Origin: a virus
Taxonomy: Duplodnaviria; Caudoviricetes
Virus record (IMG/VR): IMGVR_UViG_3300029305_003514
Location: 98,355 to 162,354 of that record
DNA: 64,000 bases
Strand: one strand, 5' to 3'
Made by a program: the position numbers and the translations under genes. Shown in pieces: positions 8,946 to 17,625 of the stretch. The first letter of the stretch is position 1. Every line of letters starts with the position of its first letter. A model generated the notes under the pieces. That model had not been told where the DNA came from. It did not search any database and saw nothing but the letters and a program-made list of their open reading frames with translations.

Positions 8946-10148
8946 ATGGAATATAGAAAATTAAATGAAGAAAATGAGAATGAGTATATATTGCGAATAT
9001 GTTCTATGAAAGAGCGGAATAATTGGACATGGGAAGATATTGCCAAGATTTTAAATGAGTCTTTGGGAAATAATTTTGGTGAATCTGCATATCGTAAGAA
9101 ATATCAGCATTTTAAAAAGATGCTTGAGGATAATGAGTCTAAAATATTCCCTGAAGATGCATATTTGAAGAAGATTCAAGAAGAGAAGATTGAACTCGAA
9201 AAAGAGCGTCAGAAATTATATACTACCAAGGTTGAAATGCAGCGAAGAATCCGTCAGGAAGCTCGTTTCGAGATGTTTTATGAAAACGTAAAGAATGCAA
9301 TTGAGATTCTTCCTATGCCTGAAATTAAAAGAAATATAGAGTCTTTTAATAATGAGAAAGAATATCTATTGTGCATCGCAGATATTCATGCTGGAGCTAA
9401 ATTTGATCTTCCTACTAATAGTTATTCTATGGAGGAATGTGAGCGCAGATTTAGTGTGCTGCTAGATAGAGTTGTTGATTATGTTAAAAAGAATGACATC
9501 GGATTAATTCGTATAGCATCTCTTTCTGATGATATCCAGGGTATTCTTAGAATTAGTGATTTACAGCTTAATGAAACTTCTGTAGTTGAGGCTACTGTAT
9601 TTGTAGCAAGATTGATTGCGAGTTTCTTAAATGAGTTATCTGCATATTGTTATGTAGATTATTATCATGTTGGACAATCTAACCATTCTCAAAATAGAAA
9701 TCTTGGCACAAAAGCTAGTGAATTAGCTAGTGAGGATGTAGAGTATATAATTGGCAATTACATTAAGGATATGTTGAGATTTAATAATCATGTTGATGTT
9801 AATACTAATTTTGGACATGATTATATTAATATTCCCATTTTTGATTATAATATTCTAGCAATGCATGGTCATACTATTAATAATTTAGATACTGCATTAA
9901 AGGATTTAAGTACCTTACATAATAAATTAATAGATTATTTAGTTGTAGGACATATGCATTGTAATAAAACTATTCAAGGCAACGAGCGCGACTCGTATGA
10001 TACTGAGGTTTTAATGTGTCCCTCTTTCCAAGGCACCGACCCATTTGCTTTTAATAAGCTAGGAAAGAGTTCAAAAGCGGCATGCAAGATGTTTATTTTT
10101 GATGAAAAGTACGGCTGTACTGGTACGGAAAAGTTTATATTAAATTAA
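8946..10148 (+). CDS. Calcineurin-like metallophosphoesterase with N-terminal HTH/coiled coil
   Basis: DIHAG, DDIQG, SNH, MHGH and GHMH motifs. Confidence 0.8.
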   Translation: MEYRKLNEENENEYILRICSMKERNNWTWEDIAKILNESLGNNFGESAYRKKYQHFKKMLEDNESKIFPEDAYLKKIQEEKIELEKERQKLYTTKVEMQRRIRQEARFEMFYENVKNAIEILPMPEIKRNIESFNNEKEYLLCIADIHAGAKFDLPTNSYSMEECERRFSVLLDRVVDYVKKNDIGLIRIASLSDDIQGILRISDLQLNETSVVEATVFVARLIASFLNELSAYCYVDYYHVGQSNHSQNRNLGTKASELASEDVEYIIGNYIKDMLRFNNHVDVNTNFGHDYINIPIFDYNILAMHGHTINNLDTALKDLSTLHNKLIDYLVVGHMHCNKTIQGNERDSYDTEVLMCPSFQGTDPFAFNKLGKSSKAACKMFIFDEKYGCTGTEKFILN

Positions 10149-10154
10149 AATGTT

Positions 10155-10184
10155 TACGAGGGGCTTCGGCTCCTCGTATTGTTT
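10155..10184 (+). terminator. Intrinsic terminator
   Basis: TACGAGGGGC-TTCG-GCTCCTCGTA followed by a T-rich tail. Confidence 0.75.
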
Positions 10185-10203
10185 ATAGAAAGGAAAAGTT
10201 ACT

Positions 10204-10401
10204 ATGGAAGAGAAAAAGTGTAAGATTATTTTTAATGCAGGCGTAGCAAGAAATTTACTTAAAATGGGTTGCCAGATCGTTGATATTAAGCCTGATCGTG
10301 CAAACCCTGATCGCTCTTTATTTATTTTTGAGAGAACTGATGCATTTGAAAAGGCTTTTGCTGAAATAAATACTGCATTAAAGAATAAGAGTGCTGAGTA
10401 A
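10204..10401 (+). CDS. Small DUF5659-like protein
   Basis: IFNAGVARNLLKMG...IVDIKP...SLFIFE pattern. Confidence 0.6.
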   Translation: MEEKKCKIIFNAGVARNLLKMGCQIVDIKPDRANPDRSLFIFERTDAFEKAFAEINTALKNKSAE

Positions 10402-10441
10402 TTTAATTTATTAAATACTAGACGAAGGGAGGGAGATCGCT

Positions 10442-11671
10442 GTGGCTAAAAATCCAGGTAAAAGATCTACAAAGAAAGAAACAAAAGAATATCTCTGTCC
10501 TTATTGTAATGTTATAAAAAAAGAAAGCGATTTTTATACAAGTTCAGATCCACTTGTAATGACTGGTAAAACTTCTATGTGTAAAGATTGTGCTGAAAAG
10601 ATCGCAAGAAATTGGGATGGTCGAAAGCGTATGTACGGAGAGTGTACTAAGGTTTCGGTACAAGAGGCGCTCGAACGTCTCGACAAACCATGGCTTGATA
10701 ATATTTGGGATGCTAGTTATTTTGAATATATAAATAGTGACGCTGGTAATAAAAAAACTAATATATGGGCCGCATATATTAAAAATATTGGTATGCCGCA
10801 ATATCGTGGTATGCGTTGGCGTGACGGAGATTTATTTTCTAATTATAAAGAGACGGCGATCAAACAAGCACGTCAAGAGGTTCAAAATGATGAAGTCCCT
10901 AAAGAGCAAGAGATTAGCGAAGAATATGTAAAAAATAAATTAGATGTTATTAGACTTCTTGGTTATGATCCATTTGAAAAGGAGCAAGAAGAAGATAAAC
11001 CCCTTCTCTACTCTCAATTAATTGGATATCTCGATGCCAGTGGAGAAAATGATGATATGATGAGAACATCATCAGCCATCACTATTGTGCGCGGATTTTT
11101 ACAGCAAGCAAAGCTTGATGATATGATAGCGAAGGCAATGAGCTCTCCTAATGTCGCCAATAAGACTGGCGAGATCAAGTCTTGCCTAGACGCGAAGCAA
11201 AAGGTTGCCTCAACAGTATCGCAACTTGCGGAGCAGTCTTGCCTCAGTTTAAAGCATAATAAGAATCAAAGTAAGGGCGAAAATACTTGGACTGGAAAAA
11301 TTAAAAAAATTAAAGAACTTAATTTGCGTGAAGGAGAAGTTAATGGCTTTGATATAGGTACATGTCGTGGCATGCAGCAAGTTATGGATTTAAGTAATGC
11401 TTCTATCTTAAAACAGCTTGCTCTTGATGAGTCAGAATATACTGATATTATTGCGGAACAAAGAAAGCTTGTAACTAACCTCACATTAGAAAGAGATAAT
11501 TATAAAGAGATAAGCAGAATTTTACTTAGGGAAAACTTAGATTTAAAAGATACTTTATCAGAAAATGAGTTATTATTACCGGAAAATCTTGTTGATTTAA
11601 ATGAGCTCTTCTCTGCTTTTAGCGAAGTCGAACAGGAGGAGACAGAAGATGAACAGACAGATGAAAATTAA
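10442..11671 (+). CDS. Zn-finger protein upstream of terminase (possible small terminase subunit)
   Basis: CPYC/CKDC N-terminus; position directly before and overlapping terL. Confidence 0.55.
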   Translation: MAKNPGKRSTKKETKEYLCPYCNVIKKESDFYTSSDPLVMTGKTSMCKDCAEKIARNWDGRKRMYGECTKVSVQEALERLDKPWLDNIWDASYFEYINSDAGNKKTNIWAAYIKNIGMPQYRGMRWRDGDLFSNYKETAIKQARQEVQNDEVPKEQEISEEYVKNKLDVIRLLGYDPFEKEQEEDKPLLYSQLIGYLDASGENDDMMRTSSAITIVRGFLQQAKLDDMIAKAMSSPNVANKTGEIKSCLDAKQKVASTVSQLAEQSCLSLKHNKNQSKGENTWTGKIKKIKELNLREGEVNGFDIGTCRGMQQVMDLSNASILKQLALDESEYTDIIAEQRKLVTNLTLERDNYKEISRILLRENLDLKDTLSENELLLPENLVDLNELFSAFSEVEQEETEDEQTDEN

Positions 11672-13697
11672 AATAGTAGAAAATATGGAAGATAAATATC
11701 TTTCAGATATTATGAATGATAATAATGTTGTTTATTTAAAACCTGGCTCATATGCTATGTCGACAAGAAAAATTGAAGCACTTGTTAAAATTGCTCAAAT
11801 GCAAAAATATTACCAATGTAATCCGGTGCGTTTTATAAGTGATTTTTTTAGTATTGAATTACTTGATGCGCAGGCTTGGATAGTTCAGCGTTCTTGGAAT
11901 TGTCCTAATGTACTCGTTGTTGCAACTCGTGGTTTTGGTAAAAGTACAATAATTGACGTAATAATTATGTCAAAGGGTATGTTGTTTAATAACTTTTGGA
12001 GTTACATAGCATCGGGATCTGGTGGACAAGCTGAGCAAACTTTTACCACTCTAGAACGTTTAGCTAATGATAATATCGACGAAATGGTTGGTTCTACTGG
12101 ATATATATTTAAGAATGAAGTAGAAATCAAAAATGCAGCAGGCGATGGATTTAGTCATTCGAGCAATGGCTTTACATACTCTCTATATAATGGTTCAATG
12201 ACTCAAACTTTGAACAGTAATATAGATGCCAAGAGAGGTATGCGTGGTACTGTAATATTTGATGAGTCTGGATTCCTTTCAGCAGAAATGATGAAGGTTT
12301 ATGGTGCATTTGCCATTGTTAATAAGAGTTTTAAAACTGGTAAAGATAGAGATGGTAATTTGATAGACCCGATCAGGCTTCGTACATTCCCATCAAATAT
12401 TCCTAACCAAAAATTTTATATTAGCTCGGCATCTAGTACAGATACCGAGTTTTATCGTTTATATCGTGAATTTTCTAAAAGACAATTAATGGGTGATCAA
12501 GATTATTTTGTGGCACATATAGATTGTGAGGTTGCATTTGCACCTACTATGCATGGCAAAACTATTGCTCCATTGTTAATGCGTAGCACTGTAGAAACTG
12601 AAATGGCAACAAATCCAGAAAAGGCAAGAAGAGAGTATTATTGCGAGTTTACCACAGACGCAGGTCTTAATGCTATTATTAAGCGTGGTACTATTGTTAG
12701 AAATAGTGAAACTCGTACTCCCCTATTATTTAATGATACTGGAGATAAAAAATTTGTAATAGCATACGACCCCGCTCGTTCAAGAGATAATAGTGTTATT
12801 TTGATAATGGAATTATATATAGATGAGCATGGATATTATAAGGGACGCATAGTCAATTGTGTTAACTTAATTGATATTGGTAAAAAGCGTAAAAGTCCAA
12901 TGCAAACTCCTGATCAGATTAAATATTTAAAAGAACTGATTTTGGATTACAATGGAAATGCTCCTGATTATGAAAATATAGAAATGATTTTAATTGATGC
13001 AGGTTCTGGTGGTGGCGGTGTAAATATTGCCGACTATCTTATGGAGGACTGGGTTGATGATAAAGGAAATAAACATAGAGGACTTATAGATAAAGAATAT
13101 AGCGCTGATTATGTTGGTAAATTTCCTAATGCAATTAATAAATTAAGGTTAGTCTCCCCTACTCAATATAAATCAATTATATATGAAGCATTAATCGAAA
13201 TGATGAATCTTGATTGTATTAATTTTACATCTGATTATGATAATAAAGGATATTTGACTTTATTTGAAGTTGATGATAAAAAATATAATGCCGAAAAGAA
13301 ACGAATTATAGAAGAATTAAAAAAAGAAAAGATACCAGAAATAGAACTTAATAAAAAGCTTGAAGAGGAAATGAAAAAATCTTCTTGTATCAAAACTAAG
13401 GTTGTACGTCTTGATCCATATCAAGAAATTGCTCTTAAGAACATAGATGCTCTTAAGGAAGAAATGGTTAATATGGTGCGTAAAAAAAGAGAGTCTGGTA
13501 AGGATTCATTTGAATTAATTCCAGAAAAAGCTAATAAACTGCATGATGACCGAAGTTACTGTGCAGCATTATGTGCATGGGCCCTATCAGAAAAACGTGC
13601 AGAACATATACGTAATAAAAAGAGACCGCAACCAAATAATATATTAGATTTATTCACTTTAACAAAGGCAAAACAGCCAAATAAAATGTTCGGATAG
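11649..13697 (+). CDS. terL: Terminase large subunit
   Basis: ATRGFGKS Walker A, VIFDES Walker B, YISSAS motif III, REYYCEF, AYDPARSRDNS and HDDRSY nuclease motifs. Confidence 0.9.
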   Translation: MNRQMKIKIVENMEDKYLSDIMNDNNVVYLKPGSYAMSTRKIEALVKIAQMQKYYQCNPVRFISDFFSIELLDAQAWIVQRSWNCPNVLVVATRGFGKSTIIDVIIMSKGMLFNNFWSYIASGSGGQAEQTFTTLERLANDNIDEMVGSTGYIFKNEVEIKNAAGDGFSHSSNGFTYSLYNGSMTQTLNSNIDAKRGMRGTVIFDESGFLSAEMMKVYGAFAIVNKSFKTGKDRDGNLIDPIRLRTFPSNIPNQKFYISSASSTDTEFYRLYREFSKRQLMGDQDYFVAHIDCEVAFAPTMHGKTIAPLLMRSTVETEMATNPEKARREYYCEFTTDAGLNAIIKRGTIVRNSETRTPLLFNDTGDKKFVIAYDPARSRDNSVILIMELYIDEHGYYKGRIVNCVNLIDIGKKRKSPMQTPDQIKYLKELILDYNGNAPDYENIEMILIDAGSGGGGVNIADYLMEDWVDDKGNKHRGLIDKEYSADYVGKFPNAINKLRLVSPTQYKSIIYEALIEMMNLDCINFTSDYDNKGYLTLFEVDDKKYNAEKKRIIEELKKEKIPEIELNKKLEEEMKKSSCIKTKVVRLDPYQEIALKNIDALKEEMVNMVRKKRESGKDSFELIPEKANKLHDDRSYCAALCAWALSEKRAEHIRNKKRPQPNNILDLFTLTKAKQPNKMFG

Positions 13698-13717
13698 AAA
13701 GGATGGTGAGAATACTT

Positions 13718-15223
13718 ATGCCTGCAAAATCGACCAAAGAAAGAATTGAATATTTAGCAAAACAAGAGCAAGCAAAAGCGGTTTATGCGCAACTTAAAGA
13801 TATTTTGCAATTAATTAACCCTGAACAAACAAAAAATATTACATCAACTACATATAATAAGGAAAATTTAAGGCAGTATTTACAAGCTCCTGCTACCGAA
13901 TCAAACCAGAAGAGTCTTCGTAAATTATCTGATTTTCTATATAGTATTTCTCAGACATATAGAAGAATGATAAATTATAAGGCCGAACAAATAGATTGCA
14001 AGTCTTGGATAGCCTATCCTATTTTAAATATAGTTGAAAATATAGATGCCGAGTCTATGAAGCAAGAATATGAAAGAGTAACACGTATAACTCATAATAT
14101 GCATCTTGAGTCACAGATTTTAAAAGTTATGTTGCAGTCATGGAAACATGATGTATTTTATGGATTTACTTATGGAGATCCTGAAACAGATGGAACTTTT
14201 TATATACATCCTTTAAATCCAGATTATTGCAGAATTTATAGCGCATCATATAATCAAGGGTGTTTAGGTATTGCATTTGATATGTCTTATTTTAGATCAT
14301 TTGCTGATGATTTGGAATATTTTGATCCAATATTTAAAAAATTATATAATCAATATTTAAAAGATAATATTAGATGGAAGGAGTTGCCCATTGAGCGCAC
14401 TCTTTGCATAAAAATTAATATTGATAATTTAGATTATCCTATTATACCATTTAGTGGTATTCTTGAGGATATTATTAGTCTTGAAGATTTGCAAGCTGTT
14501 CAAAATGTAACAGATGAACTTAGTGCATATAAATTAATTTGGGCAAAGATTCCAACAATATCTGGTTCTAAAGAAGTAGATGATTTTGCCATTGATTTAA
14601 ATTTAGCAAATGATTTTTATAAAAAATTAGCGACATTAATGCCAGAGGGTGTTAACATTGGTTTATCTCCAATGGATCTTAATACATTAGAATTTAAAGG
14701 TGATTCCGCAGCTGAAGATACTAATACTTTAAATAAGGCATATAGTCAGCTTATTGAAACCAACGGTTCTATTGTTCTTAATTCAAATAAAATTACAAAT
14801 AGCGAAAGCTTTAAAAAGGCAATGCAGGTTGAGTGTATTGATGCTATGAAACCAATCACTCAAATCAATGCGTGGGTTAATTTGTATTTAAAGATGAATT
14901 ATAATGTTGAAAATTGGGTTGTTGAATATAGCGACGTTTCTCCTTATTTTGTAGAGGAGAAAATTAAAACATTAAAAGAGGCAGGTCAGTATGGTTTACC
15001 TGTTAAGCTTACTTATGCTTCTTTATTGAATGTTAACCCTGTTAAAGAAAGAGGATTGGCATTTGTTGAAAACATGTTGGGACTTGGAACTACAGATTGG
15101 ATCTATCCTCTTGTTAGCTCTAACACTCAAAGTGGCTTAACTGAAGACACTTCGCCAGGCGCTCCTACTAAGGACGGAGACGATCTATCCGACGAAGGCG
15201 TAAAGAGCAGAGATAAAAAATGA
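13718..15223 (+). CDS. Portal protein
   Basis: ~500 aa directly after terL; LNPDYCRI motif; C-terminal SSNTQSG...GAP tail. Confidence 0.75.
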   Translation: MPAKSTKERIEYLAKQEQAKAVYAQLKDILQLINPEQTKNITSTTYNKENLRQYLQAPATESNQKSLRKLSDFLYSISQTYRRMINYKAEQIDCKSWIAYPILNIVENIDAESMKQEYERVTRITHNMHLESQILKVMLQSWKHDVFYGFTYGDPETDGTFYIHPLNPDYCRIYSASYNQGCLGIAFDMSYFRSFADDLEYFDPIFKKLYNQYLKDNIRWKELPIERTLCIKINIDNLDYPIIPFSGILEDIISLEDLQAVQNVTDELSAYKLIWAKIPTISGSKEVDDFAIDLNLANDFYKKLATLMPEGVNIGLSPMDLNTLEFKGDSAAEDTNTLNKAYSQLIETNGSIVLNSNKITNSESFKKAMQVECIDAMKPITQINAWVNLYLKMNYNVENWVVEYSDVSPYFVEEKIKTLKEAGQYGLPVKLTYASLLNVNPVKERGLAFVENMLGLGTTDWIYPLVSSNTQSGLTEDTSPGAPTKDGDDLSDEGVKSRDKK

Positions 15224-15231
15224 GGTGCAAT

Positions 15232-15411
15232 ATGAATAAAAAATTTGTAATTACTACTGATAAATCTGTGGCAGATAAACTTTCTGCTGCGGGTTTTGTT
15301 TTAGTGTCTGAAATTGGAGGCACATATACTTTTATGAATAATCAGAAGAATTTTAACTTTTCTGATATTGGTAAAGGTAAAATACATCATACAAATGTTT
15401 TAAGCCTATAA
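15232..15411 (+). CDS. Small protein (DUF5659-like)
   Basis: GAGGTG RBS; FVITTDKSVADKL..AGF.LV..YTFMN. Confidence 0.6.
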   Translation: MNKKFVITTDKSVADKLSAAGFVLVSEIGGTYTFMNNQKNFNFSDIGKGKIHHTNVLSL

Positions 15412-15455
15412 TCTCCACCAGGAGTTTATAAATTCTAATGAAAGGAGGAAGATAT

Positions 15456-17069
15456 ATGGGTAAAAGAATATTAACTCTTGATAATTTATACGAGTTTTTT
15501 GTGCAGCAAGGTAAGAACTTTAATTTTAATGATAATAAAAGTCCTATTGTAGTATCAGTTCCTGGCACATTTGCGGCCAGTGAAGATGATATGCCTGGAA
15601 TGTTGAAGTTAAAATTAAAAGTTTGTCATACTTTATTAAATAGAAATGGCAGTTTTATTTCTCAGGAAAATATGGAAAACGCAATGCCTACTTTAAAATA
15701 CCGTCCTATTTTAGCTTATATTCATGAGCTTGAAGATGGAACTAAAGATTTTTATGCTCATAATGTTGAATTTATTGAGAATGAAGATGGCGAAGAAGAA
15801 GTTGTATATCTTGAGAAGCAAGTTGGTTGCTTTACAGCAGATCAACCTTGGCTAGAATATGATAAAGATATGGACAAGACTTATGTTATGGCCTACGCTG
15901 TTATTCCAGAAGAATACACGGAGACTGCAGATATTATCCGCAGAAAGAATGGAACTAAAGTTTCATGTGAGCTAGTTATTAATGAACTTGCTTATAATGC
16001 TAAAGAAAAATATCTGGATCTTACTGATTTTTATTTTGGAGCAACTACTCTACTCGGCTCCGATGAGCATGGTAATGAAATTGGTGAAGGTATGCTTGGC
16101 TCTAGAGCTGATATTACAGATTTTTGCCACAAAGAACCTGTGTTTACATATCAAGATAAATTAGTTGAAGTTTTAGATAAGTTAAATATTACTTTATCTA
16201 ACTTTAATATAAACCAATCTGAAGAGGAAGGAGGAAATGAAGAGATGAACAAATTTGAGGAGCTTCTAGCTAAATATAATAAGACTACCGAAGATATCAC
16301 TTTTGAAATTGAGGGTCTTTCTGATGATGAACTAGAGGCAAAATTCAAAGAGGCTTTCGAGGAAACCGAAACTGTGGAAGTAGAAACTGAAGAAACTACA
16401 GTCGTTGCTGAGGAAGAAGAAACTGTAATTGAGAATTCTTCTGATTCTGAAGATGGTGACGAAGATCCTGTAGAAGAAAAGTTTACTAAGACTTTCTCAG
16501 TTGAGCTATCACATGATGATATTCGTTATGCGCTATATAATCTAATCAGTGTTTATGAAGAAGAAGATAATGAATGGTATGGTATTTATGCTGTTTATGA
16601 TTCTTATTTTGTAATGCAGGGTTGGATGAATGGTAAATTCTATAAACAGAGTTATACCGTTGATGGCGAAGATGTTTCTCTAAGTGGCGATAGACAGGAA
16701 ATGTTCTTAATGCTTCTAAGCGAAAGTGAAAAATTAGAAGTAGAAAGTATGCGTAAGGATTATTCTGTATTAAAGGAATTTAAGGAGAATTATGAATCTG
16801 CGCAGTTAAAGGTTCAGAAAGATGAAATTCTTGCTCGTGAAGAATATTCCGAGTTAACTGAATCTGATGAATTTAAGGCTTTAGTTTCTGATATGGATAA
16901 GTATTCCGTAGAGGAATTAGAGGTTAAGTGCGACCTATTATTTGCCGCACATGCTAAGGCTGCTTTTGCTGTTGATAACAAAGATAAGAAGCCTGTCGCT
17001 ATGAAATTTAATGTAAAAACAGTTGATAAGACAAATGATAAACCTTATGGTAATCTATTTGATGACTAA
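15456..17069 (+). CDS. Prohead protease/scaffold protein
   Basis: LNRNGSFI and KVSCEL motifs in the N-half; acidic coiled-coil C-half; position between portal and capsid genes. Confidence 0.7.
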   Translation: MGKRILTLDNLYEFFVQQGKNFNFNDNKSPIVVSVPGTFAASEDDMPGMLKLKLKVCHTLLNRNGSFISQENMENAMPTLKYRPILAYIHELEDGTKDFYAHNVEFIENEDGEEEVVYLEKQVGCFTADQPWLEYDKDMDKTYVMAYAVIPEEYTETADIIRRKNGTKVSCELVINELAYNAKEKYLDLTDFYFGATTLLGSDEHGNEIGEGMLGSRADITDFCHKEPVFTYQDKLVEVLDKLNITLSNFNINQSEEEGGNEEMNKFEELLAKYNKTTEDITFEIEGLSDDELEAKFKEAFEETETVEVETEETTVVAEEEETVIENSSDSEDGDEDPVEEKFTKTFSVELSHDDIRYALYNLISVYEEEDNEWYGIYAVYDSYFVMQGWMNGKFYKQSYTVDGEDVSLSGDRQEMFLMLLSESEKLEVESMRKDYSVLKEFKENYESAQLKVQKDEILAREEYSELTESDEFKALVSDMDKYSVEELEVKCDLLFAAHAKAAFAVDNKDKKPVAMKFNVKTVDKTNDKPYGNLFDD

Positions 17070-17073
17070 TGGT

Positions 17074-17091
17074 TTAACAACACAAAATTAA
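17074..17091 (+). promoter_or_regulatory. Motif TTNACAAYACAAAATTAA, copy 2, upstream of the capsid genes
   Basis: TTAACAACACAAAATTAA in the short intergenic gap. Confidence 0.65.
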
Positions 17092-17117
17092 TTTGAAAAT
17101 TATAGGAGGATTATATT

Positions 17118-17597
17118 ATGGCTCAGGATTTAATGAATAAACACTGGGTTGCCGAGATCTCTCGTGTCTCTGCAGTGTATGGTGATGGTCACATTCTATC
17201 TGGTGAAATGGATAAGGATCGTGATAATGGTGAGTTAGTTGCAGTTGTTGATTATAAGGAAGGCGAGTACTACATTGTAGGCGCATTCTCTGGCGACTTC
17301 AGCGCAAAGGTAATTGAGATTGTTCCTAAGAGCAATCAGACTATGGTTCGTTTTGAGCTACAGGCAGATTGTGATGCTTATTTTGTACACAATCCCGAGA
17401 CTATGCCTAACGATTTCTTAAAGATTTATCAGGAAATCTTTAACTACTACAACAAGGCTGGCGAGCGTGCTCGTATGTATCCTATGAAGAAGCATGATGT
17501 ATTTACTGTTTCTGTTGATGCTTTTGGTGGCGTTGTTCCCGCTGTTGGCGCTGTAGTAACTTGGTCTGACGCTGCTGGTTACGGCGTTCAGGGCTAA
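17118..17597 (+). CDS. Putative capsid decoration/minor head protein
   Basis: 159 aa between scaffold and MCP; DNG.LV motif; strong RBS and high-expression codon bias. Confidence 0.6.
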   Translation: MAQDLMNKHWVAEISRVSAVYGDGHILSGEMDKDRDNGELVAVVDYKEGEYYIVGAFSGDFSAKVIEIVPKSNQTMVRFELQADCDAYFVHNPETMPNDFLKIYQEIFNYYNKAGERARMYPMKKHDVFTVSVDAFGGVVPAVGAVVTWSDAAGYGVQG

Positions 17598-17625
17598 TTG
17601 ATATTTTGAAAGGAGGAAATTAATT

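Noticed and set aside
3435-13697. Inteins in the RNAP or terminase
   Set aside because: No C/S...HN-C/S/T intein boundaries or LAGLIDADG blocks noticed, and sizes need no insertion
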